Source: a virus (taxonomy: Duplodnaviria > Caudoviricetes). From it: a stretch of DNA of 64,000 nucleotides. Location: positions 96,001 to 160,000 of IMG/VR virus record IMGVR_UViG_3300043177_000122; one strand, given 5' to 3'. Within the stretch, counting starts at the first letter, position 1; each line of letters starts with the position of its first letter. Positions 20,460 through 30,054 of the stretch are shown one piece after another. The position numbers were made by a program, and so were the translations under genes. Below the pieces are notes generated by a model. The model had not been told where the DNA came from. It saw only the letters and a program-made list of their open reading frames with translations, and did no database searches.

Positions 20460-21397
20460 TTAAAGTAGAAATGTTAGTTGGTATCCCTGGTTCGGGTAAG
20501 TCTACTTACGCTAAGCAGGTGGTTGCCAAAGACCCAAACAACTGGGTTCGAGTGAACAACGATGATTTGCGTGCTATGATGAATGGCAACGTGTGGAGTG
20601 CAGACTATGAAAAGATGGTTACGGATGCTCGCAACTATCTTATCCGAGATGCTTTGAAGCGTGGCAAAAATGTTATTATCGACAACTTGAATCTTAACCG
20701 TCGTCATTTTGATGATGTGTGTAAGATTGCTAAGTCAGTCAATGCTGATATTCAGGTTTTTGAAAAAGCATTCTACGTAGAACTTGATGAGGCTATGGTT
20801 CGCAATGCTGCTCGTACTGGTGCGGCCCGAGTTCCTGATGAAGCTATGAAGAAGTGGTGGAAGGAATCTGGTGGCAAGCAGTTCAAATTCTACAAGCCGC
20901 GTGTAGAAATCTACAAAGAACGCCAAGGGTCTGCTCCAGAGTTTGCACCTCCGGTTTGGCACGATACTCTTAAAACAGCCGTTCTTTGCGACCTTGATGG
21001 TACTTTGGCTTTGATTCATAATCGCAGTCCATATGATGCCACTGATTGTGATGTCAAAGATTTGCCAAACTGGCCAGTTATTGAGACAATTATTGCTCAC
21101 TATAATGCGGGCCGCAAAATCATTTTCTGTTCTGGACGTGAAGATAAACACCGTGAGGCCACTATTAGGTTTATTGAGAAATATTGCCTAGTGGATGGTA
21201 AACCCATCGAATATGAACTTTATATGCGCAAGACTGATGACTTCCGTAAAGATTCTATCATTAAAGAAGAAATCTACCAGCAGCATATTGCAAACCAGTA
21301 CAATGTGCTGTGCGTCCTTGATGACCGTGACCAAGTAGTTGAATTCTGGCGACGGATGGGATTAGCTTGTTTTCAGGTCGCTCCCGGCAATTTCTAA
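20456..21397 (+). CDS. pseT: T4 PseT-like polynucleotide 5'-kinase/3'-phosphatase
   Basis: GIPGSGKST, DLDGTL, SGR, DDR motifs. Confidence 0.9.
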   Translation: MIKVEMLVGIPGSGKSTYAKQVVAKDPNNWVRVNNDDLRAMMNGNVWSADYEKMVTDARNYLIRDALKRGKNVIIDNLNLNRRHFDDVCKIAKSVNADIQVFEKAFYVELDEAMVRNAARTGAARVPDEAMKKWWKESGGKQFKFYKPRVEIYKERQGSAPEFAPPVWHDTLKTAVLCDLDGTLALIHNRSPYDATDCDVKDLPNWPVIETIIAHYNAGRKIIFCSGREDKHREATIRFIEKYCLVDGKPIEYELYMRKTDDFRKDSIIKEEIYQQHIANQYNVLCVLDDRDQVVEFWRRMGLACFQVAPGNF

Positions 21398-21787
21398 CCA
21401 GTTTTAGTGTAACGTGCGGGGTTCTGTTTGTTGGTTCGTTCTCTGTGACAATTAGCACATACAACTTCGCACTTTACTAACTCTTCTTTAATTTTATCGA
21501 AGGACATTCTTCGCCTGCGCATTGTACTAAGTTTCAAAAACTTGTTGCTTGGATTTACATGATCCAAATCCATTACGTAAGGCGGATACTTGATACCACA
21601 ATCTGCGCAGGGTTTGTCTTTGTATGAATTGATTAGTTCATCAAGCTCTTTGTCACGTTTCTTGGCTTGTTTGAAATAACGCTCTTTGTTCTCTTGATAG
21701 TTTTGTCTACCGGCAGCACGATGACACTCTACACAGTAGTGACTACGTTCGGGATTTTTGGATGGGTTAATTTTTGTTAAAATAACT

Positions 21788-21816
<29 letters not shown>
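21394..21816 (-). mobile_element. HNH homing endonuclease (antisense insertion)
   Basis: CADC...DLDHVNP...CEVVCANCHRERT. Confidence 0.8.
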
Positions 21817-22029
<213 letters not shown>

Positions 22030-22068
22030 ACTTTTCGGTTGCCGGCCTTGACGCCCTATTTATGAGAA

Positions 22069-22709
22069 TTATGGTATAGGTGTGAGCGAGAATTTCTCGT
22101 ATTTCCGGGCCAGATAAATTGTAGCTTCGTTATAGAGATAATGGTAAATCTTTTTAATATCATCCTTTTTTCATAGCTGAGATAATATGGCCATTATCTT
22201 GTGTATAATGATGTAATTCTACTTTAAGCTCCTCTTCTATAATAGATTTGATTTTCATTAGAAATGAAAGCGAAACACTATACATACTAAATATTTTAGA
22301 CTTTTCATCACTGCGTATGTAGATGCAACCATCGCCATCAAAGAAGCCGCGAATAAAATCTCGTCTAAATTCTTTTGGAAGACTATTTGGATATTGTAAA
22401 CTGAAACTTTTATTTGGAATACATCCCCATTTATTAAGCTGTTGACATAAATATCGGCTTGCTATGCGAAGTGAGACCATCTTACTTTTATTTCGCGTTC
22501 TATAAGAAATAGGATGATTGGCACATAGATGCTTTTTCATAAGTAACAAATGTTCGCTATCATTTGCAGATAACTCTATTGTTAATTCGTCTCCCGTGTT
22601 ACAGGCGTCTGCCATACAAAAGCCCAACCAATACGCTTTAATTGAATTTTCGATTTCATCGAAGAACGATTCATCAAACGAATATTTTTTAGTGGCGTAT
22701 TTAGAACAT
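22069..22709 (-). mobile_element. Two-motif LAGLIDADG homing endonuclease with two single-base indels
   Basis: KYSFDESFF...KAYWLGFCMADA and FIRGFFDGDG helices; C-terminal IYHYLYNEATIYLARKYEKF appears after a shift near 22180; start ATGTTCTAAA has an extra T. Confidence 0.75.
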
Positions 22710-22785
22710 TATTAATTCTGGCACACATCTAATTGACCGGATGCCATTATATAACATTTCTGTTTCACAAGGAGTATAAAGAGCT

Positions 22786-23046
22786 ATGGGCGCTATTGTA
22801 TTAGGTCTAATCTTCCTAATGGTAATTTGGGTTCTTTGGAAGATGTTTATTGATGGGTGGCTTTTTAAAGCTATTCTATTTTTCGCTGGGTGGGTCGGAC
22901 TATACGTGCTTCTAGCAGTTTATGTTGATGGAGCAAAGAATGTCGCATTCACCATGAGTAATGGGTTTTCTATGAGCTGGGCTGCGGTAGTTCCAACCAT
23001 TATTTGTTTCCTTTGTTTATTGTGTACGAAAGTTTCAAGTGAATAA
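22786..23046 (+). CDS. Small membrane protein
   Basis: Three hydrophobic segments; AAGGAG upstream. Confidence 0.65.
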   Translation: MGAIVLGLIFLMVIWVLWKMFIDGWLFKAILFFAGWVGLYVLLAVYVDGAKNVAFTMSNGFSMSWAAVVPTIICFLCLLCTKVSSE

Positions 23047-23237
23047 TGTATTGCATGAATTGTGGTGAGATTTGGCATGATTGCATTTGTATTCCTTGGT
23101 GTTGGGATCACGATTCGGTAGAGCCTTGTCAAACTTGCCAGTTTCTTAGAAAAGAAAAATTAGAAAAGGAAGCTATGTTAGCTCCTTTCTTAGTGCCTTG
23201 GTATAAACACATAATAAAGTATTTAACAGGAAAATAG
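23046..23237 (+). CDS. Small Cys-rich protein
   Basis: CxxC...CxC...C...CxxC; one of the rare TAG-terminated genes. Confidence 0.55.
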   Translation: MYCMNCGEIWHDCICIPWCWDHDSVEPCQTCQFLRKEKLEKEAMLAPFLVPWYKHIIKYLTGK

Positions 23238-23239
23238 CC

Positions 23240-23452
23240 ATGAATAAAATGTTTACAGACAATGGATTTATTTCTGAAGAAGGTAAAAAGGTTTTACAAC
23301 CACTACATGATGGCTTAATGGAAGTTGTTCGTGCTCCCGAAGTGCAAGCTATGTCTGTACAAGAGCTGCGAACTTTACAGGCTAACTTGGCTAAACTGAT
23401 TGGCGAAGTTATGTCTGGAGAGATTTTTATTCGTAATAAGCAAGGAAAGTAA
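23240..23452 (+). CDS. Hypothetical protein
   Basis: 70-aa coupled ORF. Confidence 0.6.
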   Translation: MNKMFTDNGFISEEGKKVLQPLHDGLMEVVRAPEVQAMSVQELRTLQANLAKLIGEVMSGEIFIRNKQGK

Positions 23453-23453
23453 C

Positions 23454-24698
23454 ATGAAGCTTTTAGTCCAGGAATATCTGGAAACTCATTCATTTGGAGA
23501 TTTGGCACGTGAACATGGAGTATATGCGTCATTCTCTAAATCTGGCCACAAGTTTTCATTAAACTATGATCAGATTGAAGCAAAGGAATCTAATCCATTA
23601 GCACAACAATGCCGCGGATTGATCTTATCTTCTGTTGATGGTAAACCATATGCATGGAATCCAACACCAGATGGTAAATTGTCCCGCGATGATATTAAAC
23701 CAGGACCAACCAAAATTCTCGCTTATCCGATGAATAGATTTTTCAATCATGGTCAGGGTGCAGCTGCCGACATTGATTGGTCTGATCCTAAATTGGCCGT
23801 TCTAGAAAAATTGGATGGAACCCTATGTATTGTTTATTGGGATGAATTCGTTAACAAATGGTGTGTGGCAACTCGTTCTGTGCCTGAGGCAGATCTACTA
23901 ATGGATAATGGTATCTATACTTTTCGAACTCTGTTTGAAAAAGCTTTTGTGGATACTACCGGATATGAATTCGATGTGTTTACTAGGTACTTAGCAAAGG
24001 AATGCACCTACTGTTTTGAATTAACTACGCCATACAACCGTATCGTAGTTGAATATAAAACCAATGGTGTGGCTTTACTGGCCATTAGAAATCTCGTTAC
24101 TCTAAACGAAATCGCAACGGATCACCCATATTGGGACACTCTGCCAAGGAGCCTTCCATTCGTACAGGCATACACGTACACGTCTGTGGAAGATTTGGTT
24201 AATTGGGTATCGTCATTGAATCCAATTGAACACGAAGGTGTTGTTGTTCGAGACTCAAAATTCAATCGAATTAAAGTCAAGAATGCGGCCTATGTAGCTT
24301 ATAATAAACTTCATGATCGTCTAGGTTCATCAGAACGTAACTGTATGGAATTTGTTCTTTTAGAGAAGGATGATGATGTTGCTCCATTCATGCCCCCAGA
24401 AATTGTAGAGAATATGCAAAAACTGAAAAAAGGTTTACAAAAATCCTTTATGAAGTATGATAGTGTTTATAATTTAATTACACTAAACTTGAAGGCTTCA
24501 GGTCTAGAAGGTAATAAGAAAGAGTTTGCTCTTCTTGTTACAAAACATAAAGACTTATGGCATGCACCTTTCTTCGCAATGTGGGATGGTAAAGCATCAT
24601 CTTTGAAGGATTTTATTCAACAAAATCGCAAAGATGGCACCTGGGGTGATGGTTTTTTGGATAGACTTTTAGATTTATCAAAAAAATCTTTACCGTGA
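23454..24698 (+). CDS. RNA ligase (T4 Rnl1-like)
   Basis: Motif I EKLDGT, FELTT, EGVVV, IKVK. Confidence 0.85.
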   Translation: MKLLVQEYLETHSFGDLAREHGVYASFSKSGHKFSLNYDQIEAKESNPLAQQCRGLILSSVDGKPYAWNPTPDGKLSRDDIKPGPTKILAYPMNRFFNHGQGAAADIDWSDPKLAVLEKLDGTLCIVYWDEFVNKWCVATRSVPEADLLMDNGIYTFRTLFEKAFVDTTGYEFDVFTRYLAKECTYCFELTTPYNRIVVEYKTNGVALLAIRNLVTLNEIATDHPYWDTLPRSLPFVQAYTYTSVEDLVNWVSSLNPIEHEGVVVRDSKFNRIKVKNAAYVAYNKLHDRLGSSERNCMEFVLLEKDDDVAPFMPPEIVENMQKLKKGLQKSFMKYDSVYNLITLNLKASGLEGNKKEFALLVTKHKDLWHAPFFAMWDGKASSLKDFIQQNRKDGTWGDGFLDRLLDLSKKSLP

Positions 24699-24719
24699 TA
24701 TATACGCAAATTGGAGGGG

Positions 24720-24748
24720 TTGACGCCATCGTCGGTCGACGTTACCCT
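24720..24748 (+). promoter_or_regulatory. Promoter of the Hsp20 gene
   Basis: TTGACG-N17-TACCCT. Confidence 0.45.
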
Positions 24749-24755
24749 TCTAAAT

Positions 24756-24801
24756 GACCTTCCATGGTCTTAACCTTTTTATTTTTTCGGAGGTAATTAT
24801 G
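24756..24801 (+). promoter_or_regulatory. Candidate RNA thermometer 5'UTR
   Basis: GACC/GGTC hairpin, then ACCUUU(24773-78) pairs with SD GGAGGU(24789-94). Confidence 0.4.
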
Positions 24802-25251
24802 TTATCACTTTGGAATCCATTTATTCCTGTTGTTAGGGATCGTTCTGATAGTAGAATTTCTACTAAGAACTATTTTGATCGTTTGTTTGAAGATACTTTT
24901 ACTACTATGACTCAAGACCTGTTTAATGGTCATTTGACAGGGTTAGGCATTGAGCAAAAGAAAAATGAAGATGGGTCACTTGCTGTATCCATTGACATAC
25001 CTGGCATTAAAGAAGAGGACATCACTATTGAGGTTGAAGACAATATAGTGCGTGTTAAAGGTGAACGTAAAACCGCTACCTCTTCTTATGCAGTTAATAA
25101 GAGCATTCTTATTCCAGAAGGATATTCTTCTGACGATGTAAAAGCAGAGCTTGTTGATGGTGTCTTATCTCTAACTTTGGCAGCCAAACAGTTACCACAA
25201 AAAGAGATAAAAAAGATAGCTATAAGCTCATCTCCTAAACAACTGAAGTAA
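24799..25251 (+). CDS. Small heat-shock protein (Hsp20/alpha-crystallin)
   Basis: IDIPGIKEEDI...VKGER...AELVDGVLSL. Confidence 0.88.
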   Translation: MLSLWNPFIPVVRDRSDSRISTKNYFDRLFEDTFTTMTQDLFNGHLTGLGIEQKKNEDGSLAVSIDIPGIKEEDITIEVEDNIVRVKGERKTATSSYAVNKSILIPEGYSSDDVKAELVDGVLSLTLAAKQLPQKEIKKIAISSSPKQLK

Positions 25252-25262
25252 TATAGGGAAAG

Positions 25263-25295
25263 AGGTCGGTTGATTTAACCGGCCTTTTTGTTTTT
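25263..25295 (+). terminator. Rho-independent terminator
   Basis: AGGTCGGTT/AACCGGCCT stem followed by a T-tract. Confidence 0.75.
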
Positions 25296-25323
25296 GTACT
25301 AGTAATTACGATATATACTATGT

Positions 25324-26040
25324 ATGAACAAATACATGTTTGAGAGTGATTACAGTGGAGATTCTCTACGATGGCTTACAAAAATAACTGATACGAATCT
25401 TCATCTTAATGAATATCAAAAGCTTGAAGATTTTCAAAACGAAATCATCAAGAATAAAGATTCAGCGCTAGCGTATTTTTTTGCTGCAGAGTTTGGTAAA
25501 TATAAACCGCATAGAATGCAGCAAGTAATTCTGGATAAAAAAGATCCTAAATATGCTTTTGCATTTGCGCAGTCAATACCAAATGCAGATATTAAAGCGC
25601 TACAAAATGTGGTAGTAGAGTCTAAGAAAATTAAGTATGTTACTAAATTTGCTTGTTTTATCAAAGCTGCTGATAGAAAGTTATTAGAAGACTTGATTAT
25701 CAAATCAAAAAATGTCAAGTATGCTCACATGTATCTTAAACATGTAAAAGGTGCTGATGTTAAAAAGTTCAAGCAAATTATTCTAAGTTCAGGAAAACCC
25801 AGATATCTATTCGAATTAGCAAAACATCTTACATCAGATTCTGAGCTTGAAATGGTGGAAGATTTGATTATCGCTTCACAATCATTTACATATATGAGAT
25901 TGTTTGCTGAGAAAATAAAAAAAGCTAACGTTGATAAAATTGAACAAGCGGTACTAGCAACTGACAATGGGCCTGAGATTAAGAAATTTGCCAAATATGT
26001 TCGTAAGTCTAAGATGAAACAATTCTTATTGGTAATGTAA
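25324..26040 (+). CDS. Helical-repeat protein (~25-aa ADxxxLxxxIIxSxxxxYxxxFA repeats)
   Basis: About six visible repeats; GATATATA 6 nt before ATG. Confidence 0.7.
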   Translation: MNKYMFESDYSGDSLRWLTKITDTNLHLNEYQKLEDFQNEIIKNKDSALAYFFAAEFGKYKPHRMQQVILDKKDPKYAFAFAQSIPNADIKALQNVVVESKKIKYVTKFACFIKAADRKLLEDLIIKSKNVKYAHMYLKHVKGADVKKFKQIILSSGKPRYLFELAKHLTSDSELEMVEDLIIASQSFTYMRLFAEKIKKANVDKIEQAVLATDNGPEIKKFAKYVRKSKMKQFLLVM

Positions 26041-26070
26041 GATGGATTCTCCCAAATATAATAGGACGTA

Positions 26071-26292
26071 TCATTTCCCGTTTTCACCGGGGGCGACAAA
26101 TGACGACAAGATAGCTACGTCAATGGATGCCCTACATTTCTTTATTTCCTTATTAGATTTTAGGAAGATTGAGGCGCATTTGCGTCCGCAAAACTTTTGA
26201 TTTTCGTCTCGTTTGCGTTTGATGGAAAAGTGATTATAACAGTTTAAACAGGACTTGTCGGATGTTTTTGGATAGTTTATAACTCTATTCAA
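26071..26292 (-). pseudogene. N-terminal remnant of a homing endonuclease
   Basis: CLNC...FCGRKC Zn-binding repeat with no nuclease domain. Confidence 0.4.
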
Positions 26293-26339
26293 AGTTATTG
26301 ATAGACTAAATCACATTTATTATAAAGGTCATTGGAAAC

Positions 26340-26561
26340 ATGAAAATTACAACTGAAGCTGAGAAAGAATGTCGGCGATATCTTAAGAAACGCGGATATA
26401 GAGGTCGTAATAATTTTGATATCAAAATTATTGCTGGTAACAAACCGCCTCACTTAGTCGGAGATAGTTGGCATTACGAAACACGTGGTGGAAGATGGAT
26501 TAAATATCCATCAGCTTACTCCAAGTCTGGTTGGAGTAATATGGTTTATTGCAATATTTAG
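26340..26561 (+). CDS. Hypothetical protein, probably frameshifted near its end
   Basis: Ends in TAG; another frame continues VICSANHVQISEHW...KLKT* to 26641. Confidence 0.55.
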   Translation: MKITTEAEKECRRYLKKRGYRGRNNFDIKIIAGNKPPHLVGDSWHYETRGGRWIKYPSAYSKSGWSNMVYCNI

Positions 26562-26649
26562 TTATCTGTTCTGCTAATCACGTACAAATTTCAGAACATT
26601 GGAAAGACCAGGAAATCATTAGGAATAAATTGAAAACCTAATGCGGTGC

Positions 26650-26678
26650 TTGACTCCTCGTGGCACAATCCTTATTAT
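26650..26678 (+). promoter_or_regulatory. Sigma70-like promoter
   Basis: TTGACT-N17-TATTAT. Confidence 0.55.
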
Positions 26679-26728
26679 GTGAATATTAAGATATCAAATG
26701 TACGAGGGGAACTAACAAGGAAAAACAT

Positions 26729-26992
26729 ATGGGTTTACGTAGATTTCATTTCGAAAGAACTGAAGATGCGTCCGGTGTAAGTGGTTGTGGACGAGTAGCG
26801 GAAGGTTGTCTGTTTACGGACACAGGCGAAGCAGTAGTTCATTGGTTAGGAAGCCACGGCAGCATTAACGTTTATCACTCAATTGATGACATCATTTATG
26901 TTCACGGACATGAAGGTCGTACTAGAATCGTATTTGATGATCCTCAGCCTACTAATGAAGCTAAGGAAGAGTTAAAGAAGGATGGAAACTAA
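26729..26992 (+). CDS. Conserved phage hypothetical protein
   Basis: DASGVSGCGRVAEG...W...HGHEGRT pattern. Confidence 0.65.
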   Translation: MGLRRFHFERTEDASGVSGCGRVAEGCLFTDTGEAVVHWLGSHGSINVYHSIDDIIYVHGHEGRTRIVFDDPQPTNEAKEELKKDGN

Positions 26993-28193
26993 GCGTACCA
27001 TATTTATTGGTGATATTCACGGGTGTATTGAAGAGTTCAATGAACTTTTAGACAAAGTCTCCTACAGCCCTAGTGAAGACCGAGTTATTTTACTTGGAGA
27101 CTTGATTGACCGAGGACCAGACTCCGTGGGTGTCGTGCGTAGAGCACGAGAACTAAAACTTGAATGTGTAATGGGAAACCATGAACACAAATTTATCAAG
27201 TGGTTCCGCTCGCAAGGCACCCGCGTTGGCGTCTATGATCGACGGGATTTTTATTCTCAATTATCAGATCAAGATGTAACATATATTCAAGACATGCCGC
27301 TCTACATTGAGCTGCCAGATGTTATTGCCGTTCATGCCGGGCTCAAACCCGGTATTTCCTTATCTAATCAAACAAAAGATGATCTGATGTATTTGAGATA
27401 CACTGATTCAGATAGAAAATTTATTAGCTTGAAAAAAATTAACAAGCTAGGTAAGGAAGCAACTGGGGCGAAATTCTGGACAGAGTTTTGGCAAGGTCCA
27501 AAAAGCGTTGTGTATGGTCATAACGTTCCCTCTTATGAAGACCCGCTAATCGAAGAGGCGGCGCCCGGTATATTTTGTTACGGCATTGACACCGGCTGTT
27601 GTTTCGGCGGAAGACTTTCGGCATTAATTTGGGAAACTAAAGAAATAATACAAGTGCAAGCTAAGCAGGTATACTATCAGTCAAATTTTGAATCAAATAG
27701 GCAAGGAGAGAAAAAACTATTTAATGTATCTCATGTTAGTAAGGCAGGATCTGTCAAGCGACTATTGAAAGAAATAGAAAAATGTGATTTGGTCTGTTCT
27801 AATTGTCATAGGATTAGAACACATAGTCGTAAGGAACAAAAAATGAATTACTCCCAAAATCAACTAAAGCAATTAGCACAGAATAATCCACGAGAATTAA
27901 CACGAATTTTAACCAGCCCCAATGCCGACACCCACACGTTGACATTTGGGGCTGAACTTTTAGGTGATGTTACTGATGAGCGGTTGGTACTTCCAACTCT
28001 TAGGATGCTTCTCAAACATGTTAATGCGGTTGTACGAGAAGGAGCTATGATGGGATTATCTTCGTTCTATATGGAACGAAAGCCGCCACAGGACGTTTTA
28101 GAGAAACTTCGGTTAATGTCTAAAAGCGACCCATCACCTAGCAACAAAGAATTTGCGGAAACTCTATTGAGGGATTTTGAGGTGCTTCCATGA
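26982..28193 (+). CDS. Metallophosphoesterase (ApaH/PrpA-like) fused in frame to an HNH remnant and a HEAT-repeat protein (own ATG at 27843)
   Basis: GDIHG, GDLIDRG, GNHE, HAG, GH, IDTG; then CDLVCSNCHRIRT; then MNYSQNQ...VVREGAMMGL. Confidence 0.75.
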   Translation: METKRTIFIGDIHGCIEEFNELLDKVSYSPSEDRVILLGDLIDRGPDSVGVVRRARELKLECVMGNHEHKFIKWFRSQGTRVGVYDRRDFYSQLSDQDVTYIQDMPLYIELPDVIAVHAGLKPGISLSNQTKDDLMYLRYTDSDRKFISLKKINKLGKEATGAKFWTEFWQGPKSVVYGHNVPSYEDPLIEEAAPGIFCYGIDTGCCFGGRLSALIWETKEIIQVQAKQVYYQSNFESNRQGEKKLFNVSHVSKAGSVKRLLKEIEKCDLVCSNCHRIRTHSRKEQKMNYSQNQLKQLAQNNPRELTRILTSPNADTHTLTFGAELLGDVTDERLVLPTLRMLLKHVNAVVREGAMMGLSSFYMERKPPQDVLEKLRLMSKSDPSPSNKEFAETLLRDFEVLP

Positions 28194-28705
28194 AAGAGAA
28201 AAAGGCTGATTTGTTTGAGATGATTTACGAAGATGGCGTCGATGCTATCTGTATCACCACTAATGGTATGTATTTGACTGATGGTCGAGCTGCTATGGGT
28301 GGTGGATGCGCTGGAGTATGTGCCAAGCGCTGGCCCGAGACTGCTATGCGATTGGGCAAGTGTTTGAAAAATTTCCTAACCAATGTTCCATTTGTTATTG
28401 GGGCTCTAGATGAGAAAGGCGATTATATTGAGCCAACTCTCAAAATGATCAAAGAAAAGAAATTCAAAACCCTTATCTTTAGTTACCCCACTATTGATGA
28501 TTTAATGAGCGGAGCCAAGATTGATTTAATTAAAAAATCTGCACAAGAGTTAAAAATTCTGGTGGATCGTTTTGGGCTTAAAGGGGTTGTAGTGCCGCGA
28601 CCAGGTGTTGGTATTGGTGGCCTATCATGGGGTGATGTTAAAGCCGTAATTGAACCTTATATGGATGATAGGTTTACTGTTGTCTCATTTGATCATGAGG
28701 AATAA
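28190..28705 (+). CDS. Macro-domain (ADP-ribose-binding/hydrolase) protein
   Basis: DLF...ICITTNG...AMGGGCA...PRPGVGIGGLSW. Confidence 0.75.
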   Translation: MKEKKADLFEMIYEDGVDAICITTNGMYLTDGRAAMGGGCAGVCAKRWPETAMRLGKCLKNFLTNVPFVIGALDEKGDYIEPTLKMIKEKKFKTLIFSYPTIDDLMSGAKIDLIKKSAQELKILVDRFGLKGVVVPRPGVGIGGLSWGDVKAVIEPYMDDRFTVVSFDHEE

Positions 28706-28706
28706 G

Positions 28707-28952
28707 ATGACCAAATCTATAACTAAATATAGAGTTCGCATTTCTTTTGTTGATGATTCATATTGGGATGACGGGTCCAGATGGGCCAGTGAAACATTCA
28801 AATTTAATAAACGGCAGGAAGCTATTAATTTTGCAAATAATGCTATTGCTAAAGGCATCGTAGTTGACGGTCAAAGCGGCAAAGTAGATGTTAGGTCAGA
28901 TAAAAGAGATGTTACCATCTTTAAAGACACTTCCTCAGAAATCGATTTCTGA
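28707..28952 (+). CDS. Hypothetical protein
   Basis: GAGG SD, ATG 28707. Confidence 0.6.
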   Translation: MTKSITKYRVRISFVDDSYWDDGSRWASETFKFNKRQEAINFANNAIAKGIVVDGQSGKVDVRSDKRDVTIFKDTSSEIDF

Positions 28953-28967
28953 GATATATAAAGTAGC

Positions 28968-29123
28968 ATGAAACTACTTAAGTGCAAAATTTGTATGGGC
29001 GAGGTTGATCTAATCAACAACGATCACTCTGTTAATCGAAAAGTAAAATGCCGCAAATGTGACTTTACTAACGAAAACAAAGGACCAGAAATTGTTGTAA
29101 TTAGAAAGCGTCCCGTTCTATAA
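28968..29123 (+). CDS. Small Zn-ribbon protein (missed by the ORF track)
   Basis: MKLLKCKIC...CRKC...RKRPVL*, 51 aa; GATATATA 7 nt before ATG. Confidence 0.6.
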   Translation: MKLLKCKICMGEVDLINNDHSVNRKVKCRKCDFTNENKGPEIVVIRKRPVL

Positions 29124-30054
29124 TTAATTTTTTATTGTGGCGATACCAATCAATAGTACGGATTATGCCAGTTCTCAAATTGGTTTCCGCGTTCCAATCT
29201 AGCATCTCTTTAGCGCGAGTGATATCTAACATTCTCTTAGGCTGACCATCTGATACGCTGCCATTGAAAACAATTTCTCCAGTAAATCCGGTTAGCTCTT
29301 TAATTAGGTAAGCTAAATCCCTAATAGAAATATCTGTACCCGTGCCAAGGTTAATTGGTAAGTCTGTATCTAATCCCATCACTATAGCTTTGACAATGGC
29401 GTTAGCCGCATCTCCAGCATAAAGAAATTCTCTAGTTGCCTCACCTGTACCCCAACATTCAACGGTTGAAGACTTGGTTTCAATAGCCGCTTCAAACTTG
29501 CGAATTAAGGCGGGAATAACATGGCTATTAATAAGATTGAAATGATCATGCTCGCCATATAAATTAACTGGTATCAAATGTGCACCACCAATATTATATT
29601 GCTGTCTGTATGTCTGTCCTAACATTAAAAGAGTGCGCTTAGCTATTCCATATGGAGCATTAGTTTCCTCTGGATATCCATTCCATAAATCATCCTCTTT
29701 AAATGGAACAGAGCAAAATTTAGGATATGCGCATACACTTCCTAAAGTATATATTTTTGTACATCCTGCTTGACGGGCAGCTTCAAATAGGTTACTAGCC
29801 ATTTCTATATTTTTTTGCAAAAAATCGGCGGGACTATTTTTATTAGCCAAGATGCCGCCACAAACAGCAGCCATATGCAGAATTATATCTGGTTTTTGTG
29901 CTACAACCATTCTAATTGCAAATTCTCGATCTAGGAGGTTCAAACCTTTACTAGATGGGCGTATCAAATCTAATTGGTTAAAACTAAATTCGGTAAAACG
30001 TTTTGCAACATGCTTACCAAGAAAGCCTGTGCCGCCAGTAATCAAAAGTTTCAT
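29101..30054 (-). CDS. fcl: GDP-L-fucose synthase
   Basis: GGTGFLG, LGSVCAYPK, YGIAK, PVNLYG, WGTGEATREFLY. Confidence 0.92.
   Translation of the reverse strand: MKLLITGGTGFLGKHVAKRFTEFSFNQLDLIRPSSKGLNLLDREFAIRMVVAQKPDIILHMAAVCGGILANKNSPADFLQKNIEMASNLFEAARQAGCTKIYTLGSVCAYPKFCSVPFKEDDLWNGYPEETNAPYGIAKRTLLMLGQTYRQQYNIGGAHLIPVNLYGEHDHFNLINSHVIPALIRKFEAAIETKSSTVECWGTGEATREFLYAGDAANAIVKAIVMGLDTDLPINLGTGTDISIRDLAYLIKELTGFTGEIVFNGSVSDGQPKRMLDITRAKEMLDWNAETNLRTGIIRTIDWYRHNKKLIIERDAF

Noticed and set aside
26559-26561. Third amber readthrough site
   Set aside because: The in-frame continuation (LSVLLITYKF...) looks unnatural while another frame gives VICSANHVQISEHW; better explained by an indel.
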